Source: an uncultured Chloroflexia bacterium
GTDB lineage: Bacteria; Chloroflexota; Anaerolineae; Anaerolineales; UBA4823
Direction of reading: 5' to 3'
Length of the DNA stretch: 64,000 nt
NCBI GenBank assembly: GCA_963788305.1
Contig: CAWBGK010000003.1
Location: 64,510 to 128,509, forward strand
The stretch's first letter is position 1. Every line of letters begins with the position of its first letter. Below, piece after piece: positions 20,515 through 30,624 of this stretch. The position numbers and the translations under genes are program-made. The notes under the pieces are model-generated. The model saw nothing but the letters and a program-made list of their open reading frames with translations. It made no database searches and was not told where the DNA came from.

Positions 20515-20889
20515 TCACAAATTTAATGGATAGCTGACCTTGGTCAAGAATGGAAGCAGCTCGTCTGGTGGAGCGTCTTTGGCGATGAAGTGGTCTGCTC
20601 CAGCCGCTGTGATCTTTTCCTTTTCTTCCGGGCAGCTGGATAGGAGAACAATCTTGGGGGGAGCTTCGAGTTTGTGGACATCGGTCAAGAGCTTTGCCAT
20701 CGATTTAAAGGGCAATTCCCATTCCAATAACAATACATCCGGCTGAGATGCTTCCAATTGAAGCAACAAACCCTGTAAACGATCTGTGATTCCCACCACA
20801 AAAATTCCGGGTTCATTTTCGAGGAGCAGAAGCATCGCAATTCTAAGTCTCTCATCGGCACACGCTATGAATATTCTCATTTTTGTCAT
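20515..20889 (-). CDS. stand-alone receiver (REC) domain with Glu in place of the phospho-acceptor Asp
   Basis: PDVLLLEWELP aligns with PDVILMDIIMP of the neighbouring NarL-type regulator. Conserved Ser (LLSS) and Lys (FIAKD) are retained. Confidence 0.65.
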   Translation of the reverse strand: MTKMRIFIACADERLRIAMLLLLENEPGIFVVGITDRLQGLLLQLEASQPDVLLLEWELPFKSMAKLLTDVHKLEAPPKIVLLSSCPEEKEKITAAGADHFIAKDAPPDELLPFLTKVSYPLNL

Positions 20890-21203
20890 CCAGCGGCCTG
20901 CTTGTTCAACTCATCTATATCATCCGTTTTTTTTCAGGTCCTCCTTCCCCTTCGGTTAAAGGGCTTGCGAAGGTATCAGACCTGCACATTAATCCTGAAT
21001 TAAGTATGGCACGCTGGATGCTGGGAAGCATCAACCATTTGTTCCAACTCGCGATAGGCAGAACGGCCTATTTTACTGGGGACGTTCATCCATTTTTCTC
21101 GAACTCGGGTGCGAAGAGATCGGAGCAGAAACACACCAGGCACGATCTGCCTGGAAATTGGTAAAAAAATATAACAGGCGAGTACAATCAGCAAATGATG
21201 GGG

Positions 21204-21845
21204 TCAGGAGACCAGATCGTTTTTTACCGCCAGCGCTGCCGCCTGCGCCCGGTTTGCAGCGCCCAGTTTTTGAATGCAGGCACTGACATGATGTCTGGCT
21301 GTGGCAGGACTGATTACCAGCCGATCGGCGATCTCTTCATTAGATAAACCTTCCACAATGAGTGCCAGAATTTCTAGCTCCCGTTTGCTCAAATCACTTC
21401 CCGGTTTTTGCGGGTTTGTTCTCATGTGGATCAACGCCTTTGTTGCCTCTGGCGCTAATGTCGGCTGTCCGGAATAGGCCGAACGAATGGCGCCAGCCAG
21501 TGTATCGATAGAGGCGTTTTTAAGCAAATAACCGATAGCGCCAGCCTCGAGTGATTCCTGGATCAAATCGTCTTTAGGATAACTCGTCAGCATGATAATT
21601 CTAACCTGTGGATATTGAGCAAGTATCGCTCGTGCGGCGTTGATTCCATCCATTTCTGGCATGATGATATCCATCAGGATCACATCGGGAAGGGATTGGC
21701 TGCAGCAAGCCAGCGCAGCATTCCCGTTCTCTGCCTCGCCGACCAGCATCAGGTCATCAAAAGCCAGCAGCATATTCTTTAACCCGTCACGTACAACAGG
21801 ATGGTCGTCGACAATCATCACTTTGATCGGATTAACAGGGATCAT
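21204..21845 (-). CDS. NarL/LuxR family response regulator (REC + HTH)
   Basis: KVMIVDDHPVVRDGL.., PDVILMDIIMPEMDG, C-terminal LSKRELEILALIVEGLSNEEIADRLVISPATARHHVS. Start taken at the ATG at 21845, just after the kinase stop (21853). Confidence 0.85.
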   Translation of the reverse strand: MIPVNPIKVMIVDDHPVVRDGLKNMLLAFDDLMLVGEAENGNAALACCSQSLPDVILMDIIMPEMDGINAARAILAQYPQVRIIMLTSYPKDDLIQESLEAGAIGYLLKNASIDTLAGAIRSAYSGQPTLAPEATKALIHMRTNPQKPGSDLSKRELEILALIVEGLSNEEIADRLVISPATARHHVSACIQKLGAANRAQAAALAVKNDLVS

Positions 21846-21852
21846 AATCAAT

Positions 21853-24714
21853 TCATCCTTCTGGAATAATCGGCCAATCAATGAGTGTTTCTGTTCCACG
21901 ACCGGATTTACTGAGAATTCGCATGGTTGCTCCGATCTCCTCTGCGCGTTCACGCATGATTTTTATCCCAAGATGGCCCTCTTCCACTGTCTGTGGGTCG
22001 AAACCGCATCCATCGTCCTGAATCCGCAGCTCTATCTGGCCTGGCTCTACGCGCAAGTCAACATCGACACGGGTTGCTTCCGCATGGAGGATCACATTAT
22101 TCATGGCCTCGCGTGCAATTCGATACAAGGCTAAGGATACATTTTCCGGCAGATCAGGTATGTCCATCACTGATATGGTGATGACAGCGCGAGAACGCGC
22201 TCGGGCAGCCTCAACCAGGGTGATCATCAATCTGTCTAAAGTTTGGTAGGATAACTCACCGGAGCGCAGTTCGATCAGCATGTTTCGCATCTCTGCTAAT
22301 GCGCCTCGAATCAACAGGCTGAGTTTGTCCATATTTTGGCGGGCGATCTTTTGATCCTTATCCCAAATGCGCGGGGTTGCTTCGGCGAGCACACTGGCTG
22401 TGAACAGGGTCTGCGTCACAGAATCGTGCAGCTCACGCGCCAGGCGGTTGCGCTCTTCGGCGGTGATCAGCGACTTTGTATGCTTATAAAGCTGCGAAAT
22501 TTCAATTAATTGGGCGATATCGATGGAGAAAATACTCAATAGCTTTATTTCTTCAGCTGTGATGTCCTTTCCTTCTTCATGTATCTCCATTCCTAAAAAA
22601 CCAAAGACCTGATCACGCAGGTAGAGTGGCACGAGCATAATACTCTGGATATTTGCGTCCTGAAAGTGGATGCCAATGGGTCCGATCATCGAGTCCAGCT
22701 GATCTTTTAAGACGAATATGAGTTTTCCGTGTTCCACTTTCGAATCCGATGGAATTTGCTCGGGCAGGGTTGTATAGGTACCGATTAAATTCGGATGATC
22801 TTCTTTGCGGTAGGAATGTGACAGTATTCTAAGTCGCCTCATTCCTTCGTCCAATTCTGCGATGAAGGAATCTTGAATCGAAAATAACCGATTGATGGTT
22901 TCGTTTATTTTTTCAAATATATCGGTGAGGTCCGAAGATCGAGCCATGGTCTCATTAACAAGCAGGATTGCTGAAAGCCACTCAAGCCGCAGCCGTAATT
23001 CCTTATTGGTCTCATTGATCTCCGCATTTGCAGCTTTTACTTCTGCAGTCCTTTCTTCTACAAGCGACTCAAGCCGTCTGCGGTATTCAACCAGCTCGGC
23101 TTCCGCCTGTTTACGCAGCGTGATATCCTGCAAGGCGACCACAGCAAATTCGACGTTCCCAGCATCATCCCAAATCGGATTTGCCCAGAATTCCAAGGCG
23201 ACGCGCTCGGTTCCCCGATCCATTTCGATGTCATCAGAAAAAGCAAACTCACCTTGAAGTGAGCTGTAAACCGGGAAATCTTCCAGCGGGTATTCCCGGT
23301 CACTGTCTGCAACTCTGATTGAGAAATCTTTAATCGCCTGCGCCAGGGTGCGTCCAACGGAGAGATCGGGCTGAACCCCTTGAGCAGGGTTTTTTAGGAT
23401 CTCTACCGTACGTCGGTTGAGATACTTGGGTCTTTGATCCTTGCCATATAAAATTACTCCAAGCGGCAAGGCCTCCAGGATCTGAGAGAGACGGTGTTCG
23501 CTGTTTTTCAACTTGCGGTTGGCGTTTTCTGTTTCAGATTTCAGCAGGTTGATGCGGTCGGCAAGCGCGATCGACCAGCACACGCTCATCCATATCATCC
23601 CGAACTTGTAAAAATTCTCCGTAAAGATCGTGCTGGTTATTATTACAAAACGGACCATAAGTACCATGATGAGGGAAGCCAGCAAACCAAACCAGGCGAT
23701 CAAAAAGAATCGGGCGGGATGGAAAGCCCTGCCGCCAGGAAGCTATCCCTGCTGCAAGAACCAACATGAGTGAGAGTACAGCCAAGGGTGCCATCAAATT
23801 CGCGATATTGTGATAACTGACAAATGGGGTCAGAAGCATCAGAACTCCCCAAAATGTTATGAAGCCAATCGTCACCCAATGGAGTAATGCGAGCCGAGTT
23901 TTTAATTCCAAGAATGCATCAATAAATAACATCATTGAAACGATCATTGCAGCGAAAGATAAGGGATAATAGATTTGCCTTAGGGAATATAGGTTCGGGA
24001 AAAAATAGACCTCCAGATAACCGTTGTAAGACAGCTCTTCGAAAATCAAACTCGCAAGCAAAATCACAAAAAACAGATAGCTGGCCTCTCGCAATGAAAA
24101 CAGTAAGAACAGGTGATAGACCAGCAAAGCCATCAATGCGCCGAAGAACAGCCAGTGAAGCATTTTTTCCTGTTGAGATTCGACGTAGAAAGCATCTCTC
24201 GTCCACAGAGTGAGCGGTAAGGTCATTGAAGCGCCATTTTGGAAGCGCAGGTAAAAGGTTTGCTGGCTTTGGGAGGGAACGGCCAGTTTGAGGAGGATGT
24301 AAGGATCAGGGATATCCCGTGTCGAAAGAGGTCTCAAAACCCCGGTCTGCTTCTCAATAAATCCTTCTCCGTCTGGGATAGGCGTGTAAAGGTCTACATA
24401 ATGCATATTAACAAAACCGACCTTCAACAGCCATTCGCCAACCTGTTGGGTTCGATTGTCCAGCCGCAGGCGTACCCAATACACGCTGTTCGTGAAACCA
24501 TAGTTCGGCACTTCCATCTGGCTGGGGATAAATTGGGAATCGAAACCTGAAGATGTTACTTTTCAATGGTCAGCTCCCCGCCAGGATCTTCAAGGATTTC
24601 CAGGTGCAGGCCAAGCGGGTATTCTGTCTGCTCGTCTGTCAGGACAAGGGGTTCCGGCATGGGTGGATTACTGCCTTGTGCAAAAGCCGTGCTGCAATAG
24701 ATCAAGATCACCAT
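21853..24714 (-). CDS. sensor histidine kinase: signal peptide, 7TMR-DISM extracellular + 7TM module, PAS, GAF, HisKA_3, HATPase_c; two frame changes (~24555, ~23705)
   Basis: ORF 23534..24517 has PNYGFTNSVYWVRLRL plus 7 TM. ORF 21853..23703 has coiled-coil/PAS/GAF, H-box ELHDSVTQTLF, and ATPase ..IQDDGCGFD..GHLGIKIMRERAEEIGA... The upstream piece MVILIYCSTAFAQG...LEILEDPGGELTIEK joins if the AAAA run at ~24557 is AAAAA. Confidence 0.8.
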
Positions 24715-25127
24715 AAAGGCGAAAAAGAACGAGGCTTTTATTCAGATTGCACTCTCTTTGTTTTACAATCTCAAACCATATGTTTGAGCTTTTTCCTATC
24801 AGGAACAATTAAGTGGCAAGAAACCAGAGAATCTTTTCTCGGTGAATGTGAGATTTCCCAACCATGGATTATATTCCAGGATTTAGAAAATGGATGCATG
24901 CAATAGGAATCGATGCTGGCGGCTGCCCTCGTGAAGGTTTCTAATTTCCGTATCACATTTCCTGGTTTTCAGAAATTTTCCATCCATTTACTTTGCTGCA
25001 GAAGAGGCTTAACCTGGTTGCAAGAATTACAAGGAATAGGAGTGTAAGAGTAGATGAGGTATACTTGGTAGAAATTCTGCAGCATACTCAGACCTAATAA
25101 CTCGTTGACAAGTAGCCAAGGATTCGC

Positions 25128-25898
25128 ATGAATTTGGTAGTTGAAAACGCTGCTCTAGATTATTCCATGAAGCGAACAGGGCAGCGTATCCTCGCGTTCG
25201 ACCACCTCAATTTTTCAGTCAATTCTGGCCAATTTGTGACAATTGTCGGTCCAAGCGGGTGTGGGAAGACCTCACTGCTCCTTGCTATCGCTGGGCTGCG
25301 CCCAATCTCTTCTGGCAGAATTTTCATGAATGGCAGGTCTGTAGAAGGACCCTGTCGGGAAGTAGCCATGGTGTTTCAGACCCCAGCCCTGCTCCCATGG
25401 CGAACTGTGAACCGAAATATTGCCTACGGTTTAGAATTACAAGGAGTGGCGAATGGGGAAATTCAAACACGTGTAAAAAGCATGATCGACCTGGTCCGGC
25501 TCGATGGTTTCGAGCAGAGCTATCCAAGGGAGCTTTCAGGAGGCATGCAGCAGCGCACTAATTTAGCACGAGCCCTGGTTACAGGTCCTGAGCTCTTATT
25601 ATTGGATGAACCTCTCGCCTCACTAGATGCTCAAACACGTGAAATCATGCAGCTTGAGCTCCAGAATATCTGGCTTTCGACAAGAAAAACGGCCATCCTG
25701 GTCACACACCAGATTGATGAAGCTATTTTTCTTGGCGATGTGGTCATTGTCCTATCCCCTCGACCAGGAAGGGTTATAGAAATCGTCCCTGTTGACCTGC
25801 CGCACCCTCGACCACATTCTGTGAAAAGTGACCCGGAATTCTTGAGGCTTCGCGATCATGTTTGGACGTTGATCCAACCTGTCTGTGTCGTTGGGTAA
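25128..25898 (+). CDS. ABC transporter ATP-binding protein (NitT/TauT family)
   Basis: Walker A GPSGCGKTS, signature LSGGMQQR, Walker B LLLLDEP. Length and tail are typical of nitrate/sulfonate/taurine-type importers. Confidence 0.85.
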   Translation: MNLVVENAALDYSMKRTGQRILAFDHLNFSVNSGQFVTIVGPSGCGKTSLLLAIAGLRPISSGRIFMNGRSVEGPCREVAMVFQTPALLPWRTVNRNIAYGLELQGVANGEIQTRVKSMIDLVRLDGFEQSYPRELSGGMQQRTNLARALVTGPELLLLDEPLASLDAQTREIMQLELQNIWLSTRKTAILVTHQIDEAIFLGDVVIVLSPRPGRVIEIVPVDLPHPRPHSVKSDPEFLRLRDHVWTLIQPVCVVG

Positions 25899-25929
25899 AT
25901 AAATTGCAACAGAATCCCAAATTGCGACA

Positions 25930-26769
25930 ATGGATAAAAATACTCGCACTGACAGCCATCCCAAGTCAAGGGAAATGGAAGGTTACATCGAAGAAGAACC
26001 TGATCGTTGGAGGAATTTTCTTCACAGGTATGAGAACCGATTGCTGGCTCTTGGTACAATCTTGTTCTTTTTAGTCGTTTGGGAGCTTCTCCCTCAGCTC
26101 AAGCTGGTAAAACCACTCTTCACAAGCTCACCTTCGCGGATCATCGAGGCTGCTGGATGGTTATTTGCACGCGGCTTCTGGTATGATATTTTCATCAGCG
26201 CAAGCGAGTTTGTGATTGGCTTTGGGTTGGCAGTGATCGTTGGAATTCCACTGGGAATCGTCTTGGGTTGGAACCAACGCTTGAATGCCATGTTTGATCC
26301 CTTTATTTCTGCTTTATATGCTACACCGCGGGTGGCATTGCTGCCTTTGATCATCCTCTGGCTGGGGATCGGCATGAAGTCGATCATTGCAGTAGTCTTC
26401 CTGGGTGCTGTTTTCCCAATCCTTGTCAACACCATATCAGGTGTGAAGAATATTGAAGAAACCCTTCTGTTATGCGCTCGATCTTTTTGTGCCAGCACGC
26501 ATCAGATATTATCCACAATCGCGATACCATCGAGCGTACCCATGATCATCGCCGGTATGCGCCTGGCAGTTGGCCGTGGCCTGGTTGGCGTCGTGGTTGG
26601 CGAATTGATCGCATCACGAGCTGGTGTGGGACATATGATGAGCCTGGCAGGCTCGACCTTTCAAACCGATAAGTTATTCGTTGGCGTGGTCCTCCTGGCA
26701 CTCAGTGGTTTTTTTCTAAATGAATTGCTTAAGAAACTGGAGGCCAAATTCGAAGGTTGGCGGCCGTAA
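25930..26769 (+). CDS. ABC transporter permease (NitT/TauT family)
   Basis: 279-aa intact ORF with 6 TM and an EAA-like loop ..EETLLLCARSFCAS... Confidence 0.75.
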   Translation: MDKNTRTDSHPKSREMEGYIEEEPDRWRNFLHRYENRLLALGTILFFLVVWELLPQLKLVKPLFTSSPSRIIEAAGWLFARGFWYDIFISASEFVIGFGLAVIVGIPLGIVLGWNQRLNAMFDPFISALYATPRVALLPLIILWLGIGMKSIIAVVFLGAVFPILVNTISGVKNIEETLLLCARSFCASTHQILSTIAIPSSVPMIIAGMRLAVGRGLVGVVVGELIASRAGVGHMMSLAGSTFQTDKLFVGVVLLALSGFFLNELLKKLEAKFEGWRP

Positions 26770-26793
26770 ATCTGGGTTTTGATGGAGGTTAGG

Positions 26794-27880
26794 ATGAAAA
26801 GCAGTATGCCCAATTGCATTTTCATATTTTCTGCTTTGATATTCGCACTTTCGGCTTGTTCTATCAACAGCTCCTTACCCACATCGTCTGTTATTCCACC
26901 CACAAAAGGGAATAGCCCGACCGCTATTCCCGAGAAAACCAATAGACGAATTGGAAAAGGTTGAAGTCTGCCACAGCGTCAATACCACCGTGTCATTACC
27001 GCTGTGGTATGCATACGAGCAGCAGCTGTTCCAAAAATACGGTTTAGAAGTCGATATCTTATCAGCAGGCAGCGGCACCAACGCAGCTACTGCAATGATA
27101 GCGGGTGAGTTCCCCATCTGTCAGCTTGCAGGATCAGCAGTGATCAATGCGGTTGTAGCTGGGGAGGATCTCGTCTACATCGCTGAGTATTTCAATGTCT
27201 ATCTTTTTTCTTTGATGGTTTCACCTGAAATTACGAGAGCCGAAGACCTGAAGGGGAAAGCCCTTGCGATCACTCAACCTGGGTCTGCAAACGATACCGC
27301 GATACGCGCCGCTCTCAAGCACATGGGTTTAAAGCCCGATATCGATGTGGCCATACTGAGCATTGGCGATGAGCCCGAGAGATTGGCTGCAATGGAAGCC
27401 GGTCAGGTTGCTGGTGCACTCTTCACACCTCCAACTACTTTAAAAGTGCGCGAAAAGGGTTACTGGCAATTATTAGATCTATCAACAATTAAAGAAGCGT
27501 ACACCCGTCAGGGTATCGCGACAACCAGGGAATATCTTCGATCCCATAGGACAACTGTTGTCGCTTTTATGAAAGCGATAAGTGAAGCCATCGCCCTCAT
27601 GAAAAAAGATCCGCAAGGGACTAAAACTACCTTGGCAAAATACCTCGCATTGGACGAAAACACCAATTCGGCACTGCTGGAAGCTGCTTATCAGGAAATT
27701 ATCATCGCTTATCTGCGGGAAAAACCATATCCTACTTTAGAAAGCATCGAAACAGGATTGGCGGAGATCGAAACGCTGAATCCTGACGCTGCGAACATAG
27801 AGCCTGAACAAGTCATGGATGAGACGATAATTCGAGAATTAGACGAATCGGGTTTTTTCGATAGACTGTATCACCAGTAA
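26794..27880 (+). CDS. ABC substrate-binding lipoprotein (NMT1/THI5-like, NitT/TauT family), frame change at ~26938
   Basis: MKSSMPNCIFIFSALIFALSAC lipobox with GGAGG RBS (ORF 26779..26964). The reading continues as ..PIDELEKVEVCHSVNTTVSLPLWYAYEQ.. (ORF 26951..27880). The frame is restored by changing the AAAA run at ~26936 by one base. Confidence 0.7.
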
Positions 27881-27954
27881 CATATATGAAACCATTCAAG
27901 TCTTCGGCTTTTCAATCAACCATTCTGTTTTGATGATTTATTCGGAAAATAGAT

Positions 27955-29508
27955 ATGAAGATGCAAGCAGCATTGAGATTCGATAAAAGCGAGATACAAG
28001 CATCCATTGCAGCAAGATTTGATCGAGTATCTGCCTTGGTTCCAAACCTGCAGGCAGTGAAGAGTCAACGTTACAGCTGGACCTATGCTTATTTACGCAA
28101 AAAGGCGGACCAAATAGCTTATTCGTTGATTGAAAGTTATGGTACGGGGGCTGAGCCAATTGCCCTGCTCCTGGATCATGACGCCCCATTGATTGCAAGC
28201 ATCCTCGGGGTACTCAAAGCCGGAAAGTTTTATGCTGTGCTGGACCCTGCTTACCCGAATGGATATCTCTCGGATATTCTGAAAAATCTTGGGGCGCGAG
28301 TATTGGTCACTGACTCACAAAACTTTCAGTTATCTCGAACACTAATTTCGCCAGGCTGTGACTTGATTGTTTATGAGGGAATAGACGATCATTATCCAGA
28401 ACTGGAGACATCCATCAACCTATCTGGGGATATGCCGCTTGCGATCTATTTTACATCAGGCTCGACAGGCAGATCAAAAGGAGTAATTCGGTCTCAAAGT
28501 TTAACATTGCACAGGACCTGGTTCGACAGGCAGCAGCATCCAGTCTATCCCGATGATCGACAGACACTGTTGACCTCTTGCAGTTTTGCATCCTCACCGA
28601 CAGATATTTTTAATGCAGTTCTTAATGGCTGCACCCTTTCAATCTATAAGGTTCGCGACCACGTTGCAGGGGAGCTGAAATCGTGGATAAATCATGAAGG
28701 AATAACCTTGTTGCATCCTCCTATCGCCTATTTCCGATACTTCATTGGATCATTGGATCAAAATGATTTTTTCCCTTCAATTCGCCAGGTGACCCTGACT
28801 GGTGATGTGTTATTCCGCAAAGATATCGAAAATGCCTGGAAACACTTCTCAAAAGAATGCACTTTTGCGCATTGTCTTGCGTCCAGTGAAGCGGGTTTAA
28901 TCAGCAAGATGATCATCACCAATAAAAATGTACTCACGAATCCCATCATTTCAATCGGTTATCCGGTTGATGGACGGGAAATCTGGATCATGGATGATTC
29001 AGGAAAACGCTTGGACTCTGCCCAGACAGGCCGTATCGGAATTCGCTCTCCCTATTTATCCTCAGGTTATTGGAATCTGCCCGAGGAAACAGCAAAACAT
29101 TTCTTCCAGGATCCCGAAGATCCTTCCCAGAGATTCTTTCTCAGCGGAGACCTCGGAAGGATCAAGGAAGATGGGACTTTAGAGGTGCTTGGTCGGGAAG
29201 ACGCTGTGGTCAAGGTTCGAGGTTATCGAGTTGACCTGGCAGTTATCGAAGCCGCCTTACTGGAAACAGACGATTATCGAGAAATTGCTGTTCTTGCTAC
29301 CTCAGGTCCTGATGGAGAAAAACAGATTGCTGCCTATTTAGTACACCGGGTAAGTGCTGCTCTGGATGAGCAGGCAGTCCGGAGTGACCTGGCAAAGAAA
29401 CTACCAGAATATATGCTCCCATCAACCTATTCCTTCCTAGAAATGCTTCCTCGGCTACCCAATGGAAAGGTTGACCGGCTGTTTTTAGCTAAGTACCAAG
29501 CAGGTTGA
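27955..29508 (+). CDS. NRPS-type adenylation (A) domain protein
   Basis: Core motifs: LKAGKFYAVLDPAYP (A2), LAIYFTSGSTGRSKGV (A3), SGDLGR (A7), GREDAVVKVRGYRVDLAVIE (A8), LPRLPNGKVDR (A10). Confidence 0.8.
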   Translation: MKMQAALRFDKSEIQASIAARFDRVSALVPNLQAVKSQRYSWTYAYLRKKADQIAYSLIESYGTGAEPIALLLDHDAPLIASILGVLKAGKFYAVLDPAYPNGYLSDILKNLGARVLVTDSQNFQLSRTLISPGCDLIVYEGIDDHYPELETSINLSGDMPLAIYFTSGSTGRSKGVIRSQSLTLHRTWFDRQQHPVYPDDRQTLLTSCSFASSPTDIFNAVLNGCTLSIYKVRDHVAGELKSWINHEGITLLHPPIAYFRYFIGSLDQNDFFPSIRQVTLTGDVLFRKDIENAWKHFSKECTFAHCLASSEAGLISKMIITNKNVLTNPIISIGYPVDGREIWIMDDSGKRLDSAQTGRIGIRSPYLSSGYWNLPEETAKHFFQDPEDPSQRFFLSGDLGRIKEDGTLEVLGREDAVVKVRGYRVDLAVIEAALLETDDYREIAVLATSGPDGEKQIAAYLVHRVSAALDEQAVRSDLAKKLPEYMLPSTYSFLEMLPRLPNGKVDRLFLAKYQAG

Positions 29509-29551
29509 TTCTGAGAAGCCTGAACCCTCGACTGATCTGCTGGAAAACGAG

Positions 29552-29827
29552 TTGGACAAAATCGTATGTGAAACATTGGGTTTACAAACGATTGGTCGCG
29601 ATGACGATTTATTTGCTTATGGCTGCAACTCACTTTTGGCAGCCGAGATCATCACAAAATGCACAAAGAAATTCCAGGTCGATATTCCTATGAGAATTTT
29701 TTATGAAAATCCCAGTATGGATGGTTTGGCAGCGTATCTTAAAAGTCAAATAAATGGTCCCCAGTCCATAAGAAACCAACTTGAAATCAACCCCGACATT
29801 CAAGATTATTTAAGCCAGTTTGCTTGA
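29552..29827 (+). CDS. peptidyl/acyl carrier protein (PP-binding); probably the C-terminal T domain of the preceding A protein
   Basis: DDDLFAYGCNSLLAAEII (GxxS phosphopantetheine site). The frame is open back to 29489 as ..VDSEKPEPSTDLLENELDKIV.. with no ATG/GTG and no RBS before the TTG at 29552. Confidence 0.7.
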   Translation: MDKIVCETLGLQTIGRDDDLFAYGCNSLLAAEIITKCTKKFQVDIPMRIFYENPSMDGLAAYLKSQINGPQSIRNQLEINPDIQDYLSQFA

Positions 29828-29909
29828 ATGTTTTTTTGGGGTGCACAGAATCAGTAGGAGTCCCGTACCAAACAGGTTCAGCAACATATACAAAGTATTG
29901 GAGTAGCTT

Positions 29910-30572
29910 GTGGAAAAATTGATCATCTTCGGGAATGGCTCGGTTGCAAGTGTCCTTTATTATCACTTGAAGAGGGATACAGATTATCAGATCGCTGGAT
30001 TTACAGTCGATCGTAACGTGATCGAATCCAATACTTTCATGGATTTACCGTTATCATCTTTCGATGAAGTCCAGGAAAAATTTCCCCCGGGTGAATTCAA
30101 GATGATCGTTGCCGTTGGTTATGTAAGGGTAAACCAGCTCCGCGCAGAACGCTACTTTCAAGCAAAGGAGCTGGGTTACCAGATGATAAACTACATCAGC
30201 CCGCGGGCCACCGTCTGGTCAGGATTAGAAATTGGGGATAATTGCAGGATCGGGGATCATTGCATCATTTCTCCATACTGCAAAATCGGTAATGATGTTT
30301 GGATCAGTTCCGGCAGCATCATCGGTCATCATTCAGTCATAAAGGATCACTGCTACTTCTCCTCCAGCGTGAACATCGCTGGATTTGTGACTGTTGAGCC
30401 GTACTGTTATCTTGGGATGAGCGCCGTGATCCGGAATAATATCTCGATCGCTCGTTCGTGTATTATTGGGGCTGGGGCGGTCATATTAGGAGATACACAG
30501 GAGAAGGGAGTATATATGGCGCCCGCCGCCCAAAAGCTCCCGATCAACAGCGACCAGATTTCTCCAAAGTGA
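29910..30572 (+). CDS. NeuD/PglD-family sugar acyltransferase (N-terminal Rossmann-like domain + left-handed beta-helix)
   Basis: MEKLIIFGNGSVASVLYYHL.. N-domain, then hexapeptide repeats IGDNCRIGDHCIISPYCKIGNDVWISSGSIIGHHSVIKDHCYF... GTG start with GGAG upstream. Confidence 0.7.
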   Translation: MEKLIIFGNGSVASVLYYHLKRDTDYQIAGFTVDRNVIESNTFMDLPLSSFDEVQEKFPPGEFKMIVAVGYVRVNQLRAERYFQAKELGYQMINYISPRATVWSGLEIGDNCRIGDHCIISPYCKIGNDVWISSGSIIGHHSVIKDHCYFSSSVNIAGFVTVEPYCYLGMSAVIRNNISIARSCIIGAGAVILGDTQEKGVYMAPAAQKLPINSDQISPK

Positions 30573-30624
30573 GGAAGAATAAAGAGAAAAAAAGGTCGGA
30601 GTCATCAAATGGATTTCAACCCAT

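Noticed and set aside
20890-21203. ORFs 20883..21164 (+) and 21000..21194 (-) in the gap between the NarL-type regulator and the extra receiver gene
   Set aside because: Neither has an RBS or recognisable motifs. I treat the region as intergenic and cannot support a feature.
24750-25127. Possible riboswitch (TPP or similar) ahead of the NMT1/THI5-like ABC importer
   Set aside because: I could not find the conserved CUGAGA / ACCUGAUCUGGAUAAUGCCAGCG-type elements or any convincing multi-helix structure. There is only a 7-bp hairpin at 24771-24789 (CTCAAAC..GTTTGAG) of unclear meaning.
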